DNA from: Patescibacteria group bacterium
GTDB lineage: Bacteria > Patescibacteriota > Patescibacteriia > XYB2-FULL-38-15
Direction: 5' to 3'
DNA: 64,000 bases
Assembly: GCA_041737355.1 (NCBI GenBank)
Contig: JBGSRW010000008.1
Coordinates: forward strand, 24,466 to 88,465
The notes below the pieces were generated by a model. The model saw nothing but the letters and a program-made list of their open reading frames with translations. It did not search any database and was not told where the DNA came from. A program made the position numbers and the translations under genes. This document shows, piece by piece, positions 58,383 to 64,000 of the stretch. Positions within the stretch are counted from its first letter, which is position 1, and every line of letters begins with the position of its first letter.

Positions 58383-59855
58383 ATGGAAAAATCAACCGAC
58401 GAACGGCAAGCCAGATTGGAAAAATTAAAAGAAATTAAGGGCCAGAAAGTCAATCCTTATCCTTCGGCCGGCAAGAGAACCCATACGGTTGCCGAAGCTT
58501 TGGGCGATTTCGATAAACTGGTCGAAAAAAAGAAGACTGTTTCCCTTGTTGGACGCCTGAAAAGCGTCCGGCTTCATGGCGGATTGGCTTTTGCCAATCT
58601 GGAAGACGAAAGTGGGACAATCCAGGTAATGTTGAAAAAAGACGCGGTCGGCGATAAGGTTTATAATTTTTTTGAGAATCTCGTCGACATGGGCGATTTT
58701 ATTCTGGTCAAAGGCACGCTTTTTATTACTAAAACCGGGGAAAAAACGGTTGTTGTTGAATCGCTGAAGCTACTAACCAAAACTCTGGCGCCGCTGCCCG
58801 AGAAATGGCACGGCCTTTCCGACGTCGAGGTCCGTTACCGCCAGCGATATTTGGATTTGATAGCCAACCCCAGCGTCCGAGAGATTTTCAAAAAACGCAG
58901 CCTTATTGTCAAAACCATCCGGGAATTTTTTGAGAAAGAAGGGTTTATGGAGGTGGAAACTCCGATACTCCAGCCGATTCCCGGCGGAGCCACGGCCAGG
59001 CCATTTATAACACATCATAACGCCCTTGATTCGGATTTCTATCTCCGCATTGCCCCAGAACTTTATTTGAAGCGTCTGGTTGCCGGCGGATTCGAAGGAG
59101 TTTACGAAATTGCCAGATGTTTCAGAAATGAAGGAATTGATTGGTCGCATAACCCGGAATTTACCCAGATCGAACTTTATAAAGCTTATGCCGATTACAA
59201 CGACTTGATGAAAATGATGGAAAAATTTTTCGTTCACCTCATGAAAAAAATAAGCGACGGAGAAATGAAGGTGGCATACGAAAAAATGTCGATTGATTTT
59301 ACTCCGCCGTACGAGAGGATTTCTTTCCGGGATATTTTAATGAAGCTCGGCAATTGCGATATTGAAAAATATCCTGACCGCGAGAGTATTGCGAAAAAGG
59401 CGCGGGAGCTTGGTCTTGATATTTTGCCGTCCGACGACCGAGGAAAAATTATTGACGAAATTTTTAAAAAGATTGTCCGGCCAAAAATTATCAATCCTAT
59501 TTTTGTAATCAACCATCCGATTGAACTTTCGCCCTTGGCCAAAAAAATTCCGGAAGATCCGCGCTATACGGAAAGGTTTCAAATTCTTGTGGCCGGCACG
59601 GAATTGGCTAATGCTTTTTCCGAGCTTAACGATCCTTTAGACCAGCGCGAGAGATTCGTTGCCCAACAGCAAATGCGCGAGGCCGGAGACGCTGAAGCCA
59701 TGCGAATCGACGAGGATTTTATCACGGCGCTTGAACACGGGATGCCTCCAACCGCCGGACTCGGTATGGGAATAGACAGATTGACCGCGCTTTTGACCAA
59801 TTCGCATAATATTAAAGAAGTTATTTTATTTCCAACTCTTAAGCCGGAAAAATAA
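58383..59855 (+). CDS. lysS: lysyl-tRNA synthetase (class II)
   Basis: An OB anticodon-binding domain plus class II motifs (FMEVETPILQ, CFRNEG, GLGMGIDRL). Confidence 0.95.
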   Translation: MEKSTDERQARLEKLKEIKGQKVNPYPSAGKRTHTVAEALGDFDKLVEKKKTVSLVGRLKSVRLHGGLAFANLEDESGTIQVMLKKDAVGDKVYNFFENLVDMGDFILVKGTLFITKTGEKTVVVESLKLLTKTLAPLPEKWHGLSDVEVRYRQRYLDLIANPSVREIFKKRSLIVKTIREFFEKEGFMEVETPILQPIPGGATARPFITHHNALDSDFYLRIAPELYLKRLVAGGFEGVYEIARCFRNEGIDWSHNPEFTQIELYKAYADYNDLMKMMEKFFVHLMKKISDGEMKVAYEKMSIDFTPPYERISFRDILMKLGNCDIEKYPDRESIAKKARELGLDILPSDDRGKIIDEIFKKIVRPKIINPIFVINHPIELSPLAKKIPEDPRYTERFQILVAGTELANAFSELNDPLDQRERFVAQQQMREAGDAEAMRIDEDFITALEHGMPPTAGLGMGIDRLTALLTNSHNIKEVILFPTLKPEK

Positions 59856-59857
59856 TT

Positions 59858-60733
59858 ATGATAGACAGAGAAACATCGTTTGCCGAGTCTGAGGCGAGAG
59901 AACAATTTATAGCCGATCGCTTTCTGCGCGCCGGCCTGGATATTCGTTCTTATCCCGATTTATTTGACAGGTTCAATCGTTTACACGGTCCGGAGTCGCG
60001 TCATTTTGAAGATGCGGCGCAAATGGCGGAAATTATCGACGCGATTTGGCCCGAGCTCGAGGCCGAACTTCCTTTCAAATTAGACAAAGAAAAACTTTTG
60101 CAGGCGACTCTTTTGCATGATGTTGGCAAATCAGGACCGAACGAAGCTTCACCCGAAGAACAAGAACTGGTTATCTCGCTTTTTAATCCAAATCATTACT
60201 CGAAAATCAAGGAGTCCGGAAGACGGATAGAACAAATGACGGTAATTGATGTTCTAAAGGAATCGGACCTCGATTTGTCTTTGCAGGTTAGGATTGCCAA
60301 TTATTTGAAACAATTGGATATTAATTTCGAAACGGAAAAAATGATCGATCTTTGGCGGCGCCATGCCGATTGGACATTTGATGTATTGTCGCAAGTTAAT
60401 GATGAGAGAATAACAAAAGAACTTATTGCCGCTGCCGCATCGCACCACATTCTAGATGGTAAAAATCCCGCTCAGCTTAACCCGGAGAATATTCCCGGAG
60501 AAGCAAAGACACTCGAGATTGCCGAGTCCTATGAGATTCTAACAGTTGTTGATAAATTTCAGGCATTTGTAGCGAGGAGTGGTTTATCCCACGTTGAATC
60601 CGTAGTTGTTTTGCGTAAGATAGTTGATCAGCAAAAGCTGCCAGATAAAGTAAAAAGTGATTACAGGGCCATTATAGGTGTTATCGAACGATCAGGGGAT
60701 AAACTACGGAATATTTTAAGAGGACAGCCATGA
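59858..60733 (+). CDS. HD-domain phosphohydrolase-like protein
   Basis: LLHDVGK... and AASHHILDG fit an HD-superfamily metal-binding pattern. Confidence 0.6.
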   Translation: MIDRETSFAESEAREQFIADRFLRAGLDIRSYPDLFDRFNRLHGPESRHFEDAAQMAEIIDAIWPELEAELPFKLDKEKLLQATLLHDVGKSGPNEASPEEQELVISLFNPNHYSKIKESGRRIEQMTVIDVLKESDLDLSLQVRIANYLKQLDINFETEKMIDLWRRHADWTFDVLSQVNDERITKELIAAAASHHILDGKNPAQLNPENIPGEAKTLEIAESYEILTVVDKFQAFVARSGLSHVESVVVLRKIVDQQKLPDKVKSDYRAIIGVIERSGDKLRNILRGQP

Positions 60734-61128
60734 AAAAAGTAATGGTTTTTGGCACGTTTGCGATTTTGCACCCAGGCCATCTTTATTTTTTTAATCAGGC
60801 GAAAAAACACGGAGACTATTTAATCGCGGTGATAGGGAGAGACTCAACCGTAGAAAAGATAAAAGGCGCTAAACCAAAGATGGACGAGAATGCCCGCCGT
60901 CAAATGGTTGAGGCTTTAAAAATTATTAATAAGGCAGTTCTCGGGGATAAAAAAGATTGGTATAAATTAATTGTAAAATATAAACCAGATATAATTTGTC
61001 TAGGGTATGATCAGACTGAGCCGGAAAATTTTCGAGAAGAGCTAGGGAAGAGGGGAGTGGCGGCAAAGGTTATAAGGCTGAAAGATTATCAGCCAAAAAA
61101 ATATAAATCATCGAAAATTTTAAAATAA
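60730..61128 (+). CDS. cytidylyltransferase-family nucleotidyltransferase (RibL/FAD-synthase-like)
   Basis: VFGTFAILHPGHLYFF (HxGH motif) ...IAVIGRDSTV.... It overlaps the upstream gene by 4 nt. Confidence 0.65.
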   Translation: MKKVMVFGTFAILHPGHLYFFNQAKKHGDYLIAVIGRDSTVEKIKGAKPKMDENARRQMVEALKIINKAVLGDKKDWYKLIVKYKPDIICLGYDQTEPENFREELGKRGVAAKVIRLKDYQPKKYKSSKILK

Positions 61129-61136
61129 AATAATTT

Positions 61137-62426
61137 ATGATGGACATAAAATTTATCCGGGAAAACGCAGAATTAATTAAGGAGGTTGCAAAAAATAAAA
61201 ATAGCAAGGTCGATATTGGCAAATTGCTGGCGGTTGACGATAAGCGCCGTAGTCTGATTTCCGAAGTAGAAAATCTTAAAGCGGATTTGAATAAAAGATC
61301 GAAAACCAAACCTGGTCCGGAGGAAATTTCCGCACTGAAAGAGTTAAGTACCAAAATAAAAGAGCTGGACGCCGAGCTTGTCGGGGTGGAAAAAGAATAC
61401 CGAGATTTGATGTTTTTGGTGCCGAATATTTATTCAAAGGATACTCCGGTCGGCGCCGACGAAACCGCCAATAAAGAAATTTCCCGCTGGGGCAAGCCGC
61501 CAAAGTTTGATTTTGCGCCGAAAGACCACATTGCTCTCGGTAAAGAGTTGGATATTTTTGATCTTGAGGCAGGGGCTAAAACTTCCGGCTACCGCGGCTA
61601 TTATCTGAAAAACGAGGCCGTGCTGCTTCATTTTGCCGTTTTATGGCACGCAATCAATAAAATGAAGGAAAAGGGCTTTACTTTGATGTTAACCCCGACT
61701 TTACTTCGCGAATTTGCGCTGGAAGGAAGCGGACATTTTCCGGAGGGCAAGGATGAGATATACCAGATTGGAAATCCTGGACGGCTGGCCGATGGAAGCG
61801 CCAAGGAACAAATGTTTTTAGGCGGAACATCGGAGCCGTCATTACTCGCTTATTTTGCCGACAAAACTCTAAAAGAAGAGGATCTCCCGGCAAAAGTTTG
61901 TGGATTTTCACAATGTTACCGTTCGGAAATCGGCAGTTACGGCAAAGATACGAAAGGACTTTACCGCATCCACGAATTTATGAAAGTTGAACAGGTAGTT
62001 TTGTGTAAAAACGATCTCATTGAATCGAATAAATGGCTCGAAACTTTCAGGGAAATCGCCGAAGAGGTTTTGCAGGATTTGGAACTTCCTTATCGGGTAA
62101 TTCAGCTTTGTACCGGCGATATGGGTACGGGAAAATATAAAATGTACGATCTGGAAACGTACATGCCATCAATGGCGTCAAAGAATTTTTACGGTGAGAC
62201 ACATTCGGATTCTAATTTAACCGACTGGCAGGCGCGTCGGATGAACATTAAATACAAAACTAAAGAAGGGAAAACAGAGTTTGTTTACACCCTGAACAAT
62301 ACGGTTATTGCTTCGCCAAGAATTTTAATTGCCATTTTGGAAAATTATCAGCAAAAAGACGGCAGCGTAAAAATTCCAAAAGTTTTGCAAAAATATTGCG
62401 GAGTGAAGGTTATCAAGAAAAAATAA
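61137..62426 (+). CDS. serS: seryl-tRNA synthetase
   Basis: An N-terminal coiled-coil arm plus a class II core (FSQCYRSEIGSYGKDTKGLYRIHEF, GETHS). Confidence 0.95.
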   Translation: MMDIKFIRENAELIKEVAKNKNSKVDIGKLLAVDDKRRSLISEVENLKADLNKRSKTKPGPEEISALKELSTKIKELDAELVGVEKEYRDLMFLVPNIYSKDTPVGADETANKEISRWGKPPKFDFAPKDHIALGKELDIFDLEAGAKTSGYRGYYLKNEAVLLHFAVLWHAINKMKEKGFTLMLTPTLLREFALEGSGHFPEGKDEIYQIGNPGRLADGSAKEQMFLGGTSEPSLLAYFADKTLKEEDLPAKVCGFSQCYRSEIGSYGKDTKGLYRIHEFMKVEQVVLCKNDLIESNKWLETFREIAEEVLQDLELPYRVIQLCTGDMGTGKYKMYDLETYMPSMASKNFYGETHSDSNLTDWQARRMNIKYKTKEGKTEFVYTLNNTVIASPRILIAILENYQQKDGSVKIPKVLQKYCGVKVIKKK

Positions 62427-62434
62427 AATAAATT

Positions 62435-63562
62435 ATGAAAACGTGGGTTGAAGTCAGCCGGGAGGCTTTGAATTATAATTTGGACCAGTTTAGAAAATTG
62501 GTTGGTGTAAAACCTAAAATCATGGGCGTGGTCAAGGCTAACGCCTATGGGCACGGCCTCACCGAAGTGGCTGGCGTTATTTCGGACCAAATTGATTGGT
62601 TTGGGGTTGACTCTTTGCCGGAAGCCTTAAAATTGCGCGAAATTGGCATTAAAAAGCCAATTTTAATTTTGGGTTATTCCGAACTTGCTGATTTACGGGA
62701 AGCAGTAAAAAATAACATCAGTTTGACGGTTTATAACAAAGAAACAATCGAACGGCTGGGGAGGATCCAAATACAAAATCCCAATTTAAATCCCAAGATT
62801 CATATCAAGGTGGAAACCGGCACATCAAGGCAGGGTGTTCCGGAGTCAGAAATTTTAGATTTTATAAAATACGTAAAGGGTTATCCGTCAATAGAAATTC
62901 AAGGACTCTCCACTCACTACGCAAACATTGAGGATACGACCGATTCGAGTTTTGCCATGATGCAGCTTGAAACTTTTTCCCGCGTGATGGAAATTTTTAA
63001 AAAAGAAGGCGTGGAGCTGCTCCGGCACACGGCCTGTTCAGCGGCAACAATTTTATTTCCCGAAACTCATTTTGATATGGTCCGGCTCGGGATCAGTATG
63101 TATGGGCTCTGGTCTTCCAAAGAAGCGCAAGCCGTGGCGAAAAATAAAGGAATTGATTTTGATCTTAAGCCGGTTTTGACTTGGAAAACGATTGTAGCCC
63201 AAATAAAAAACGTAAAAGCGGGCACTCCAATAGGCTACGGCCTGACCGAGCGTACGAGCAGGGATTCGAAAATAGGCATTTTGCCAATAGGTTATTACGA
63301 CGGATATGACAGAAAACTTTCGGGCGTCGGAAATATTCTGATCCGCGGCAGGCGTTGCAAAATTTTGGGTAGAGTCTGCATGAATATGGTTATAGTTGAC
63401 CTGACCGACTTGGAAAAAGTTGAATTGGAAGACGAAGCCGTTTTACTCGGTCGGCAGGGGAGGGAAGGAATAAGCGCTGAAGAGTTAGCCCAAAAAATTG
63501 GGACAATTAATTACGAGATTGCTACAAGAATTAACCCATTAACTCCGAGAATTGCCGAATAG
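62435..63562 (+). CDS. alr: alanine racemase
   Basis: The PLP lysine motif VVKANAYGHG, plus C-terminal ...GYYDGY... and RVCMNM. Confidence 0.9.
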   Translation: MKTWVEVSREALNYNLDQFRKLVGVKPKIMGVVKANAYGHGLTEVAGVISDQIDWFGVDSLPEALKLREIGIKKPILILGYSELADLREAVKNNISLTVYNKETIERLGRIQIQNPNLNPKIHIKVETGTSRQGVPESEILDFIKYVKGYPSIEIQGLSTHYANIEDTTDSSFAMMQLETFSRVMEIFKKEGVELLRHTACSAATILFPETHFDMVRLGISMYGLWSSKEAQAVAKNKGIDFDLKPVLTWKTIVAQIKNVKAGTPIGYGLTERTSRDSKIGILPIGYYDGYDRKLSGVGNILIRGRRCKILGRVCMNMVIVDLTDLEKVELEDEAVLLGRQGREGISAEELAQKIGTINYEIATRINPLTPRIAE

Positions 63563-63606
63563 CCAGAGATGGGTGCCTCTATATTTTACGACGTATAATC
63601 TATCTT

Positions 63607-64000
63607 ATGAGGAGGATCAAGGACTACCATCGGAAAAAATACAATAATCCTTTTTTTCAAAGACGCTCCGGTCGTGGATATAATTTTCGTTTAGCTAAAA
63701 GGTCAATATCGTGGCGGGGAAAATTTATTTTTATTTTTTTGCTGGCTGTTTTGGGCGGTGGAATATATTTTATCTTTTACTCTCCATACTTTTCTATAAA
63801 TAAAATTGAAGTATTGGGAACAGAAAGGATAAAATCAGAAGATGTGAGAAGCACCGTTGAGGAACATCTATCCAAACAGAGGTTCTTGTTTTTTTTGCAA
63901 AGGAATATCTTTATTTTTGACGAAAATTCAGCTGGAGAAAATATCAACGATAAATATGTTCTCAAATCATGGAAGATAGACAAGAGACTGCCCGGGACAC
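63607..64000 (+). CDS. ftsQ: FtsQ/DivIB-like cell-division protein, N-terminal part (runs off the window)
   Basis: Hand-translated from ATG 63607: a basic N-terminus, a TM segment (FIFIFLLAVLGGGIYFIF), then a POTRA-like INKIEVLGTERIKSEDV. No stop occurs before nt 64000, so it is absent from the ORF track. Confidence 0.6.
   Translation, partial: MRRIKDYHRKKYNNPFFQRRSGRGYNFRLAKRSISWRGKFIFIFLLAVLGGGIYFIFYSPYFSINKIEVLGTERIKSEDVRSTVEEHLSKQRFLFFLQRNIFIFDENSAGENINDKYVLKSWKIDKRLPGT

Noticed and set aside
1-64000. CRISPR arrays, tRNA/rRNA genes, IS elements, integrases and prophage modules.
   Set aside because: Reading both strands, I found no short regularly spaced repeats, no tRNA T-arm/acceptor signatures (GGTTCGAATCC-like), no rRNA-like segments, and no transposase-, integrase- or capsid-like ORFs.

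Overview
This is a 64-kb fragment of a compact, AT-rich bacterial genome. Spot counts on single 60-nt lines give about 38% GC (nt 241-300), and almost all genes are on the + strand. The gene content and style suggest a Patescibacteria/CPR (Parcubacteria-like) organism; this is an inference, not a database result. The supporting traits are a secretin-less type IV pilus operon, shortened AlaRS and ProRS, lysine-rich extensions on ribosomal proteins, an RpoA without an alpha-CTD, many SD-less or leaderless genes, and recurrent TGCTATAAT extended -10 promoters.

Recognisable content, in order: ackA (3' end), murJ, lepA, recJ and rnhA. A complete type IV pilus locus follows at 10.3-20.8 kb (pilM, N, O, B, C, two pilins, pilD, four minor pilins). 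Then come ligA, gatCA, and a VirD4/TraG-like ATPase with a membrane partner, followed by queH, mnmA and alaS. The infA-rpmJ-rpsM-rpsK-rpsD-rpoA-rplQ-rplM-rpsI block is next, then queA, an MOP flippase plus a GT4 glycosyltransferase, and a frameshifted CaCA antiporter. The rest is a UvrD-nuclease fusion, proS, mreBCD-mrdA, greA, lysS, serS, alr and ftsQ (5' end).

The unusual part is a set of small GC-rich islands (about 65% GC by spot count at nt 4141-4200) wedged between housekeeping genes. Each island has its own TTGACA-type promoter, a strong GGAGG Shine-Dalgarno and an intrinsic terminator, and each encodes orphan proteins or RNA.

The strongest candidate for an undescribed system is the island at 3766-6315:
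- a consensus promoter;
- a leader of about 330 nt containing a domain closed by a 20-bp stem;
- a 417-aa protein with three tandem Cys/His modules and a lysine-rich tail;
- a perfect 123-nt structured repeat;
- two translationally coupled small orphan genes;
- a second identical 123-nt repeat, then a terminator.

A separate GC-rich structured RNA gene of about 255 nt, with its own promoter and terminator, lies at 46397-46651. I could not assign it to any family by eye. No rRNA, tRNA, CRISPR array, transposase or integrase was recognised.
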